Made by a program: the position numbers and the translations under genes
Notes under the pieces: generated by a model
Databases searched by the model: none
Seen by the model: only the letters and a program-made list of their open reading frames with translations
What the model was told of the DNA's origin: nothing
Assembly (NCBI GenBank): GCA_963715985.1
Contig: CAVQSP010000014.1
Coordinates: 224,001-288,000 of the forward strand
Length of the DNA stretch: 64,000 nt
Source: an uncultured Thermoleophilia bacterium
GTDB lineage: Bacteria > Actinomycetota > Thermoleophilia > UBA2241
Direction of reading: 5' to 3'
Shown: piece by piece, positions 1-7,996 of the stretch
How the letters are laid out: every line of letters begins with the position of its first letter
Position numbering within the stretch: position 1 is the stretch's first letter

Positions 1-930
1 GTCGCTGGAGGCGCCGGCGAGGTACGCGCCGGGCAGGAGCGGCCGCAGGCCGCGAGGCTCCGTGTCCCTGCGTCCGACGGCCACGAGCGCGTACCAGGCG
101 TCTTCGGCCGGCAGCTCCACGTCGGGTTCGTGGCCGAAAGCGTCCAGGCCGCCGGGACCCTCCGGCGCCGGCGGCCTGAGGTGACACTCCAGCACTTCGG
201 CAGTGAGCACCGGGTCGACGCGCTCGATGCCGGCCAACGGCGCCGCGCTCACGAAGTCGTACCCGTACACAGGGCCGCCGCCCGCGCGCACCTCGGTGGA
301 GAAGCGCGGCCTGTAACCCTCGAGGTGTTGCACCACACAGGTGCCGCCGAGGCTCAGCACCGGTTCGGCGGCACAGCTCCCGGCGCAGGCCGCGAGGACG
401 TCCTCGGCCTGATGGAACAACGCCTGCGACGGCATCTGCCCGGAGAGGCAGGCGAAGTTGACGCTGAGGCCGGCGAGCTCCACGCCCGGCGTGGCGGCCA
501 CTTCGGCCGCGAGCGCCTGGGCGGCGTCCGGCTGCACACCTTCGCGGCGGTCGCCGAGGTCCACGGTGAGCAGGATCCGGACGGGCGCGCCGCCGGCGTG
601 CTCACCGAGACCGCGGGCGGTGCCGGCGTCGGCGAGCAGCACGCGGTCGGCCACATGCGCCGCCGTCTCGAGCTCGTGGCGTTGCGGCGCGCGGATGAGG
701 GTGAGAGGGCCGAGGCCGGCCGCCGCGAGCTGCTCCAGTGCGGGCAGGCGGCTGTCGGCGAGGCCGGCGGCGCCGGCCTCGAGCATCACGCGCCCGACCT
801 GGGGTTCGCCATCGACGCACTTGGTCACGGCGGCCAGAGAGAGGCCGTGGCCGAGCAGCCCGGCGGCGAGCCGCCGGGTGGCCTCGGCCACCGCGTCCAG
901 GTCGACAGTCAGCCGCGGACCGGCCGCCAT
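1..930 (-). CDS. Alanine/ornithine racemase family PLP-dependent enzyme (fold III), 3' end runs off the window
   Basis: Manual minus-strand translation from ATG at 930: MAAGPRLTVDLDAV...AAVTKCVDG (PLP Lys)...LADSRL...VDLGDRREG...NFAC...DAFG...AVGRRD...GASSD. These motifs are typical of the Orr/YhfX-like racemases. Not in the ORF track because it is open at the edge. Confidence 0.8.
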   Translation of the reverse strand, partial: MAAGPRLTVDLDAVAEATRRLAAGLLGHGLSLAAVTKCVDGEPQVGRVMLEAGAAGLADSRLPALEQLAAAGLGPLTLIRAPQRHELETAAHVADRVLLADAGTARGLGEHAGGAPVRILLTVDLGDRREGVQPDAAQALAAEVAATPGVELAGLSVNFACLSGQMPSQALFHQAEDVLAACAGSCAAEPVLSLGGTCVVQHLEGYRPRFSTEVRAGGGPVYGYDFVSAAPLAGIERVDPVLTAEVLECHLRPPAPEGPGGLDAFGHEPDVELPAEDAWYALVAVGRRDTEPRGLRPLLPGAYLAGASSD

Positions 931-1271
931 CGGCCTAACCTGCGACGGGCCGGTCGCACCGCGCCCGAGAGTCGTGCTGGGTACCAGGCATCAACGCCCT
1001 CCACCTCGTGTGGTCGTGCTGCAGGGCGGCCCTCCGGGTGCGGCAGTACGACGTGTGAGGTGTCGTGGCCGGTGCCCGGAGGCCGCAGCGTGGTCCGGCC
1101 GTCGCAAGCGGCGTCCCGGCGGGGACGGCGGCGACGGTGCGGGACGAGGAGGAGGGCTTCTAAAAGTCGTGGAACTTGCCGCCCGTGAAGGCGGAGCGGC
1201 GACGATCGTGGGGCCTGACGTCAACTACGCGGGACACGCGTCTCCCGGTGCCGGTGGGTCAAAGCACGGGC

Positions 1272-1279
1272 AGTATACT
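1272..1279. promoter_or_regulatory. Palindromic AGTATACT giving a TATACT -10 hexamer on both strands (possible bidirectional promoter)
   Basis: Lies between the divergent racemase and decarboxylase genes, 22 nt before the decarboxylase ATG. Confidence 0.35.
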
Positions 1280-1301
1280 TCGGCGGTCCGCACGCACACA
1301 A

Positions 1302-2786
1302 ATGGGGGAGACGGTGGCCTTCTGCGACGTCTACCTGACCGTCTGCGACGGCCGCCTGTGTCTGGACGGCGCCGACCTCGCGGACCTGGCGGCCGGCGTG
1401 GAGACCCCGTTCTTCGTATTCAGCGAGCGTCGCCTGCGCGACAACGTGGCCGCCGTGCGCGGCGCCTTCGCGGCGAGGCATCCGCGCAGCGAGGTGTTCT
1501 TCGCCAGCAAGGCGTGCTCCAATCTCTGGTTGCTGGACGTCGTGCGCGACGCCGGCGCGAGCGTGGAGGTCAACTCGGGCGGAGAGCTCGACAAGGCGCT
1601 GCGCGCCGGCTTCGCCCCGTCGCAGATCGTGTTCAACGGCGTCGCCAAGACGCGCACCGAGATCGCCGCTGCCGTGCGCCTGGGCGTGCGCGCCCTGCTC
1701 GTGGACTCGCTCTGCGAGCTGGACCGCATCGCCGCGGTGGCGGCCGAGCTCGGTACGATTGCCGAAGTGGCCCCGCGCATCGACGTCCACGTGCCGGCGC
1801 TCACGCATCCCGGCCTGGAGACGGCCTTCGGCGGCAAGGCCGGCATCGACCGTGACGACGCGGCGGAGGCGTTCCGGCGCGCCGCCGCCGATCCGTGGCT
1901 GGACCCGGCGGGCCTGCACCTGCATGTGGGCTCGCAGATCGCGAGCGCCGCCCCGTACCGGCAGGCCGTGGGGACGGCCCTCGACCTCGTGGCCGAGGTC
2001 GAGGCCGCGGCCGGCCTGCGCTTGCGCTTCCTCGACGCCGGCGGCGGGTTCGCCGTGCCGTATGCGGAGGCCGGCATCCCGTCGGCGGCCGGCGCGTTCA
2101 CGGCGGCGCCCGACTCCTTTGCTCCCGAGGTCGCCGCTCCCGGGGCCGGCGCTGCAGCCACCGTGCCGGGGCCGGCCACGCCGCCGGCCGGGCACTACTT
2201 CGCCAGTGAGGTGACGCTGGACGAATATGCGGCCGCCGTCTGCGCCCCGCTGCTGGCCCGGCGCCCGGACCTGGCGCTGTTCCTCGAGCCCGGCCGCTCC
2301 ATCGCCGCGACGACGGGCGTGCTGGTGACGCGAGTGGAGAGCGAGAAGACCAAGCGCGTGCGCGACGGGGCCGGCCGGGTGGTGGGGGAGCAGCGCTGGC
2401 TCACCATCGACGCCGGCTTCAACACGCTGCTCGAGCACACCAACTATGCGTGGTACTTCCGTGCCGCTGTGGCCGGCCGGGCCGGCGAGCGCTCGGACAC
2501 TCCGTTCCGGCTCGCCGGCCCGCTCTGCGACGGCGGCGACGTGTACGCCGGCGACGGCGCCTCACCGTTTCGCCTGTTCCCGGCCGGCACGGGGCCGGGC
2601 GACCTCGTGGTGTTCCGGGACGTGGGCGGCTACACGCTCGAGATGATGAACGACTACAACGCCCGTCCCCGCGCCGCCGCGTACGCCGTGACCTCTGCGG
2701 GCGAGGTCGTGGAGGTCCGGCGGCGAGAGACGAGCGATGACCTCATGCGTCTGGACCGCGTCCCGCGGCGCGACGGCGCACAGTGA
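1302..2786 (+). CDS. Fold-III PLP decarboxylase (LysA/DAP decarboxylase superfamily), most similar to D-ornithine/D-lysine decarboxylase
   Basis: TPFFVFSE, FFASKAC (PLP Lys), IVFNGVAK, HLHVGSQ, GGG, EPGR, LAGPLCDGGD and YNARPR motifs. Confidence 0.85.
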   Translation: MGETVAFCDVYLTVCDGRLCLDGADLADLAAGVETPFFVFSERRLRDNVAAVRGAFAARHPRSEVFFASKACSNLWLLDVVRDAGASVEVNSGGELDKALRAGFAPSQIVFNGVAKTRTEIAAAVRLGVRALLVDSLCELDRIAAVAAELGTIAEVAPRIDVHVPALTHPGLETAFGGKAGIDRDDAAEAFRRAAADPWLDPAGLHLHVGSQIASAAPYRQAVGTALDLVAEVEAAAGLRLRFLDAGGGFAVPYAEAGIPSAAGAFTAAPDSFAPEVAAPGAGAAATVPGPATPPAGHYFASEVTLDEYAAAVCAPLLARRPDLALFLEPGRSIAATTGVLVTRVESEKTKRVRDGAGRVVGEQRWLTIDAGFNTLLEHTNYAWYFRAAVAGRAGERSDTPFRLAGPLCDGGDVYAGDGASPFRLFPAGTGPGDLVVFRDVGGYTLEMMNDYNARPRAAAYAVTSAGEVVEVRRRETSDDLMRLDRVPRRDGAQ

Positions 2787-2826
2787 GGCGCCGCCGCGGC
2801 CCCCGCAGCGGGCCGCGGCGGCGCCC

Positions 2827-3969
2827 TCAGGTCAGCCGATCACCCAGTACGGACGCACCCGCGCGAACCGGTACTGTGTGGACGAGTACCCCATCTTCCA
2901 GAACGTGTGGTAGTAGTCGGTGGTGTGGGCGTCGACCACCTTCTGGTTGGCGCTGTTGGTGCCCACCACCATGGCAACGTGATCCCACACCCCGTCTCCA
3001 CTCCAGTCGTAGTAGACCATGTCGCCCGTGCCGATGCTGTTGATGCTGGACCTCCAGTCGGTGCGGAGCCCGTTCCAGAAGCCGAACTGCTTGGCCACGT
3101 TGATCCAGCTCCAGCTGTAGCTGTCGTCCGACGGCGACGACGTGTTCTTGTTCTGGTACCACCAGCCGGTGTCCCAGGCGCCGAGGTTGACCGGCATGCT
3201 GCCTGCCCGCGCGCCCTGCGACACGAAGTTGGCGCAGTCGGCGCCGAAGCGCACGTAGGTCGGGTTGTACGAGAGACAGTAGCGGTCCGCGTAGGCGGCG
3301 GCGCTGTCGCGCTGGTAGTAGATGCGGTCGTTGTACGTACGGCCGGGCGAGCTGACGTCCGTCCGGCGGATGCGCGACCTGTGGGGCCGCCGGCTTCGAC
3401 GTCTTCTCGAGACGGCGCGCCGCGCGCTGCGCCTCGTCCTGGGCGCCGGCGTCCTCCAGGTAGGCCGGGACCATCACGTCCGAGTAGGAGTCGTCGGTCA
3501 CGCGCCACCCGCGGGTGCTCCGGGCCAGCGTGACGACGTGGTCTACCCCCGAGGCCTCGGTGTCGGGCTGCAGGGCCGCGGTGTGCCAGATCAGGGTGGT
3601 GATGACGTGGGCGCTCACGGTCGCGGTGTCGCCGGCGATCGCGACATCGCCCACGGTCACGGCCGTGTCGACGGAGTCGACGAGGTGCCCGAGACGCGCC
3701 GCGTGCAGCACGGTGCCGCGGGCCACCGCCCGCTCCCTGCCGAGCAGGCGAGAGCCGGGCGCGACCAGGGCGGCCATGGCCGAGGCGGGATCGCCCGCGG
3801 TGACGGCGGCGGCGCGGGCCCGGAGGTAGGCCGTGGCCACGGTCGCCGGATCGGCGTCGGGTGCAGCTGCCGTGCGTCCGGCGCTCGCTGCGGCCGGGCC
3901 TGCCGCCACCGCTCCGGCGATGACGGCGAGCGCCACCGCGACGAGGAAGGACCGGTGTCGTCGGTTCAT
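2827..3969 (-). CDS. Secreted putative amidase-domain protein (Amidase_6-like C-terminus, NTF2-like N-domain), apparent +1 frameshift near 3365
   Basis: Signal peptide in ORF 2827..3969. After the shift the frame reads YYQRDSAAAYADRY...DCANFVSQ...GDMVYYDW...DHVAMV...VDAHTTD and stops at 2832. Confidence 0.7.
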   Translation of the reverse strand: MNRRHRSFLVAVALAVIAGAVAAGPAAASAGRTAAAPDADPATVATAYLRARAAAVTAGDPASAMAALVAPGSRLLGRERAVARGTVLHAARLGHLVDSVDTAVTVGDVAIAGDTATVSAHVITTLIWHTAALQPDTEASGVDHVVTLARSTRGWRVTDDSYSDVMVPAYLEDAGAQDEAQRAARRLEKTSKPAAPQVAHPPDGRQLARPYVQRPHLLPARQRRRLRGPLLSLVQPDLRALRRRLRQLRVAGRAGRQHAGQPRRLGHRLVVPEQEHVVAVGRQLQLELDQRGQAVRLLERAPHRLEVQHQQHRHGRHGLLRLEWRRGVGSRCHGGGHQQRQPEGGRRPHHRLLPHVLEDGVLVHTVPVRAGASVLGDRLT

Positions 3970-4496
3970 TGGGACCCCTTTCGATGAGGTTGCGGGCTCG
4001 TGGTGACGGCTGTGATCAGCCAGCCCCCCGCAGTGGTCCCGACCCTCCCCAGGGTGAAGAACAGCGTGCTCGTGCCGGGCGGCACGGGGCTGCCGCTACG
4101 CACTGTGGCGCGCACCCTGGCGGCCACGGCGACGCTGGCGGCGTCGGGCGCGGTGAAGACCCGGCCCGAGCGGAAGGAGATGCTGCGCACGGAGCGCAGC
4201 TCGCCGCGCGTCCACACGCGCGGCGCGGCGAACAGCCCTGCGGCGTCCCACAGGCGTCCGCCGTCGACGAGGTCGCAGAACGACTTGACCGTGCGGACGG
4301 CGTCCAGCGCCGCCGGTCCGTCAAAGACGGCGGCCTGTTCGTCCGTCGTCGTCTGCGGGACCCCCACGGACCCAGCCTCCGCGGCGATGGGTGCGGCGGC
4401 CTCGGGTCCGCCGCCCCCGGCGGTGCGCGCGACGCCGAGCAGAGCTGCGGCGGAGACGGCGACGAGCGCGAGTGCGATGAGGCGGCGGCGGTCCAT
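3966..4496 (-). CDS. Exported hypothetical protein, DUF4829/NTF2-like C-terminus
   Basis: N-terminal signal/TM segment; C-terminal TLFFTLG...GGWLI; ATGA overlap with the amidase gene. Confidence 0.55.
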   Translation of the reverse strand: MDRRRLIALALVAVSAAALLGVARTAGGGGPEAAAPIAAEAGSVGVPQTTTDEQAAVFDGPAALDAVRTVKSFCDLVDGGRLWDAAGLFAAPRVWTRGELRSVRSISFRSGRVFTAPDAASVAVAARVRATVRSGSPVPPGTSTLFFTLGRVGTTAGGWLITAVTTSPQPHRKGSQ

Positions 4497-4636
4497 GCGA
4501 CGATGCTCGCGCCGCCGCCGGGTACGCGGAAGGATGACGACGCCATGGCGCCGGTGACGTTGCCGTCCCGCAGCGGTGACGTTGCCGTCCCCTCACTCCT
4601 GACGCGGCTCCGGCGACGTGCGAGAATCGCGGGCGC

Positions 4637-5134
4637 ATGTCCGAGCCCCCAGCCAGCCCAGCGCCCCCGGCTTCGCCCGAGGCCGCGGAGCACGTCCCGC
4701 TGCGCGCGACCGTGCGGCGCGACCTCGCGGTCGGCTTGCGCACCGGCGTACGCACGTTCTGGGACCTCGCCAAGGTGATGGTGCCGGCCTACGGCGTCAC
4801 GCTCGTCCTCGAGCGCCTCGGGGTCATCGACTGGCTGGCACAGGCGGCCCGCCCGCTGATGTCGCTCCTGGGTCTGCCGGGCGACGCGGCCGTCCCGCTG
4901 GTCGTGGGCTACGTGCTCAACATCTACGCGGCGGTGGGCTCGATGCAGGCTCTGCACATGAGTCCCGCGCAGATCACCATCCTCGCCATCGCCATCCTCA
5001 TCGGTCACAACCTGCTGGTGGAGGGCGTCGTGCTGCACAAGGCGGGCATGAACGGCTTCGCCTTCGGTGCGCTGCGCGTTCTCGCCGGCCTCGCGGCCGC
5101 CGCCGTGGCCAACCTCCTGATGGGGCTGTTCTGA
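4637..5134 (+). CDS. Nucleoside-recognition (Gate) domain membrane protein
   Basis: LERLGVIDWLA...PLMSLLGLPGDAAVPLV...NIYAAVG...HNLLVE pattern; hydrophobic. Confidence 0.7.
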   Translation: MSEPPASPAPPASPEAAEHVPLRATVRRDLAVGLRTGVRTFWDLAKVMVPAYGVTLVLERLGVIDWLAQAARPLMSLLGLPGDAAVPLVVGYVLNIYAAVGSMQALHMSPAQITILAIAILIGHNLLVEGVVLHKAGMNGFAFGALRVLAGLAAAAVANLLMGLF

Positions 5135-5136
5135 CG

Positions 5137-5589
5137 ATGTGGGACCTGCTGCGCACCTTCCTCGCCGGCTCCTTCGAGCTGCTCTGGCGCATGTTCGTCA
5201 TCGTGGTGCCGATCATGGTGGTGCTCGAGCTGTTCGAGGGCACAAAGCCCTTCCGGACGGTGGTGCGAGGCTGGGCGCGGATCGTGCGCCACGTGGGTCT
5301 CGACGAGCGCTCGGCGGCGCCCACGCTCGTCGGGTTCCTGTTCGGCCTTGCCTACGGCGGCGGTGTGATCGTGCGCGACGTGCGCCGTCACGACCTCGGG
5401 CGGCGGCAGGTGTTCATCATGAGCGTCTTCCTGAGCATGGTGCACGCCATCGCCGAAGACTCCCTCATCTTCATCGCCCTCGGCGCCAGCTTCTTCTGGG
5501 TGGTCGTGTACCGCATCGCCTGGGCGGCGGCGGTGACGCTCGCGCTCACGCTGGTCGCGGGAGCGCTGGTCCGGCGCATGCGCACGTGA
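5137..5589 (+). CDS. Nucleoside-recognition (Gate) domain membrane protein, partner subunit
   Basis: GFLFGLAYGGGVI...HAIAEDSLIF pattern; ATG 2 nt after the upstream stop. Confidence 0.7.
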   Translation: MWDLLRTFLAGSFELLWRMFVIVVPIMVVLELFEGTKPFRTVVRGWARIVRHVGLDERSAAPTLVGFLFGLAYGGGVIVRDVRRHDLGRRQVFIMSVFLSMVHAIAEDSLIFIALGASFFWVVVYRIAWAAAVTLALTLVAGALVRRMRT

Positions 5590-5598
5590 GGGGCCGCG

Positions 5599-5627
5599 TT
5601 GACTGTGAGCTCGCGGGTCCGTAATCT
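5599..5627 (+). promoter_or_regulatory. Sigma70-type promoter of the Rrf2/cys operon
   Basis: TTGACT-N17-TAATCT. Confidence 0.65.
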
Positions 5628-5647
5628 TGACTGGAATTATCGAGAAT
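5623..5647. promoter_or_regulatory. Putative IscR/Rrf2-type operator overlapping the -10 and +1
   Basis: AATCTTGACTGGAATTATCGAGAAT: AT-rich imperfect palindrome matching about 19 of 25 positions of the IscR type-1 consensus ATASYYGACTRWWWYAGTCRRSTAT. Confidence 0.6.
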
Positions 5648-5672
5648 CCCCTCTGCGGAGGAGCTGGTCGGC

Positions 5673-6116
5673 GTGAACATCTCCATGAAGAGCAGGTATG
5701 CGGTGCGCGCCCTCACCGAGCTCGCGCGGCGCGAGGAGTCCCAGCCGGGCAAGCCGGTGCGCCTGGCCGAGATCGCTGACAGCCGCGGCATGCCGCTCCA
5801 GTTCCTCGAGCAGGTGTTCGCGGCGCTGCGCCGGGCCGGCGTGGTGCGCAGCAGGCGGGGCGCGGCGGGCGGGTATGCGCTGGCGAAGCCGGCCGCCGAG
5901 ATCACCGTGCTCGACGTCGTGGCCGCGCTCGACGGCGTGCCCTCGCCGGCCGAGTGCACGCAGGGCCTCTGCGACCGGGTCGACGCGTGTGGGGCCGCCT
6001 CGGTGTGGATCGAGGCACAGGCGGCCCTCGAGCAGGTGCTTGGTGGCACGACGATAGGGGCCCTTCTGGCGCGCGAAGACGCACTGCGCGAACGCGCGCC
6101 GATGTACCACATCTAG
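5673..6116 (+). CDS. Rrf2-family transcriptional regulator (IscR/CymR-like) with three-Cys Fe-S motif
   Basis: SRYAVRAL, FLEQVF, SRRGAAGGYALAKP, C-x4-C-x5-C (CTQGLCDRVDAC), C-terminal PMYHI. Confidence 0.9.
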   Translation: MNISMKSRYAVRALTELARREESQPGKPVRLAEIADSRGMPLQFLEQVFAALRRAGVVRSRRGAAGGYALAKPAAEITVLDVVAALDGVPSPAECTQGLCDRVDACGAASVWIEAQAALEQVLGGTTIGALLAREDALRERAPMYHI

Positions 6117-6155
6117 AGGGACGCCTCAGGGGTGTGCCCTGCGCAAGGAGATCGT

Positions 6156-7098
6156 ATGGAACGGGCGGGCAGCATCACGGAACTCATCGGGCGCACCCCC
6201 TTGGTGCGCCTCAACCGCATCTCCGACGAGACCGGCGGCGAGGTGCTCGGCAAGCTCGAGTCGATGAACCCCGGCGGCAGCGTCAAGGACCGCATCGGCG
6301 TCGCGATGATCGCGGCCGCCGAGCGGGACGGGCGCATCGCTCCGGGCCGGACGACCCTCATCGAGCCGACCAGCGGCAACACCGGCATCGCCCTCGCCAT
6401 GGTGGCGGCCGCGCGCGGGTACGACATGGTGCTCACCATGCCCGACACCATGAGCGCGGAGCGGCGCACCATCCTCCAGGCGTACGGCGCGCGCCTCGTG
6501 CTCACCCCGGGCGCGGACGGCATGGCCGGAGCCGTGCAGAAGGCGCTGGCCCTGGCCGCCGAGACTGAGGACTCGTTCGTGCCGCAGCAGTTCGAGAACC
6601 CGGCCAACCCCGAGATCCACCGGCTCACCACGGCCGAGGAGATCTGGGCCGACACCGGTGGCGAGGTGGACGCGTTCGTGGCCGGCGTCGGGACCGGCGG
6701 CACCCTGACGGGGGTCGGCGACGGTGCTCCGCGAGCGCCGCCCCGGCGTGCTCATCGTCGCCGTGGAGCCGTCTGACTCCGCCGTGCTCTCCGGCGGACG
6801 GCCGGGGGCGCATCGCATCCAGGGCATCGGCGCCGGCTTCGTACCCAAGGTCCTGGACACCGGCATCTACGACAAGGTGATGCGGGTGAGCGGTGACGAC
6901 GCCTCCGCCACGGCGCGCGACCTCGCGCGCCACGAAGGCATTCTCGTGGGCATCTCGGCCGGCGCCAACGTGTGGGCCGCCGGCCAGGTCGCGCGCCGTC
7001 CCGAGATGCAGGGCAAGGTCATCGTCACCGTGCTCTGCGACACCGGTGAGCGCTATCTGTCCACGCCGCTCTTCGGCGACCTGGGCGGAGGGGAGTGA
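6156..7098 (+). CDS. cysK: Cysteine synthase A (O-acetylserine sulfhydrylase), apparent +1 frameshift at about 6720
   Basis: [30 protein letters not shown]; continues in the next frame with [10 protein letters not shown] and DTGERYLS. Confidence 0.9.
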
Positions 7099-7105
7099 CC
7101 GCGCC

Positions 7106-7891
7106 GTGCTGATCAGCGGCGGCGATCGTCTGCGCTACGACTGCCAGCTCGTCCTCAAGGACGTGGGCGAGCGCGGCCAGGAGAAGCTGCGGCACGCCTC
7201 TGTGCTGGTGGTGGGCGCCGGCGGACTGGGGGCGCCGGCGCTCTACTACCTCGCGGCCGCCGGCATCGGCAGGCTGGGCGTGGCGGACGACGACGTGGTG
7301 GAGCTCAGCAACCTCCAGCGGCAGATCCTGTACACCACGGACGACATCGGCAAGGGCAAGGCCGAGACGGCGGCCGCGCGCCTGCGGGCGCTCAACCCCG
7401 AGGTCGAGGTCGAGCCGTTCAGCCGCAGGCTCGTCGCGAGCAACACGCTCGACCTCGTGCGCGGCTACGACGTGGTGGTCACGGCGGTGGACAACTTCCC
7501 CACGCGCTACCTCCTCAACGACGCCTGCGTGCTCGAGCGCAAGACGCTGGTGGACGGTGCGGTGCTCCGCATGGTCGGTCTCGCCATGACCGTCAAAGGC
7601 GGTGAGACCGCCTGCTACCGCTGCCTGTTCCCGGAGCCGCCGCCCCCGGCCGCGGTCGTGAGCTGTTCCGAGGCCGGCGTGCTGGGGCCGATCCCGGGGA
7701 CCATCGGCGCGCTTCAGGCGCTCGAGGTGCTCAAGGTCATCACCGGCGCCGGGCGCCCGCTCTACGACAGGCTCATCCAGTTCGACGGCGCCGCCATGAG
7801 CTTCACCGAGGTGGAGGTGACGCGCGTCCCCACGTGCCCGGTGTGCGGCGAGCACCCGACCATCACGGAGCTGGTCGACTATGCGGAATGA
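7106..7891 (+). CDS. HesA/MoeB/ThiF-family (E1-like) adenylyltransferase, no rhodanese domain
   Basis: GAGGLG, DDDVVELSNLQRQ, DNFPTRY, CYRC, SCSEAGVLG, CPVC. Confidence 0.9.
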   Translation: MLISGGDRLRYDCQLVLKDVGERGQEKLRHASVLVVGAGGLGAPALYYLAAAGIGRLGVADDDVVELSNLQRQILYTTDDIGKGKAETAAARLRALNPEVEVEPFSRRLVASNTLDLVRGYDVVVTAVDNFPTRYLLNDACVLERKTLVDGAVLRMVGLAMTVKGGETACYRCLFPEPPPPAAVVSCSEAGVLGPIPGTIGALQALEVLKVITGAGRPLYDRLIQFDGAAMSFTEVEVTRVPTCPVCGEHPTITELVDYAE

Positions 7892-7984
7892 ACGACGTAG
7901 TCGATTCATCGTGGGGGGCGCCGCAGGCGCACCACACACTGAACGACGCAGTCCATTCATCGTGGGGGGCGCCGCAGGCGCACC
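7889..7984. repeat. Two-copy 45-bp direct repeat (period 51) made of GNA-triloop hairpins
   Basis: 7889-7933 and 7940-7984: TGAACGACG(T/C)AGTC(G/C)ATTCATCGTGGGGGGCGCCGCAGGCGCACC, 2 mismatches, spacer ACACAC. Confidence 0.9.
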
Positions 7985-7996
7985 TCGCTCCGACCC

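Noticed and set aside
130-1188. 352-aa plus-strand ORF
   Set aside because: Antisense shadow of the racemase gene on the minus strand.
931-1301. Lysine riboswitch upstream of the lysA-like gene
   Set aside because: The AGAGG...AGTA...GAAAGG...GCCGAA landmarks are not present in order.
7889-7984. Possible mini CRISPR array
   Set aside because: Only two units, a 6-bp spacer and no cas genes in the window.
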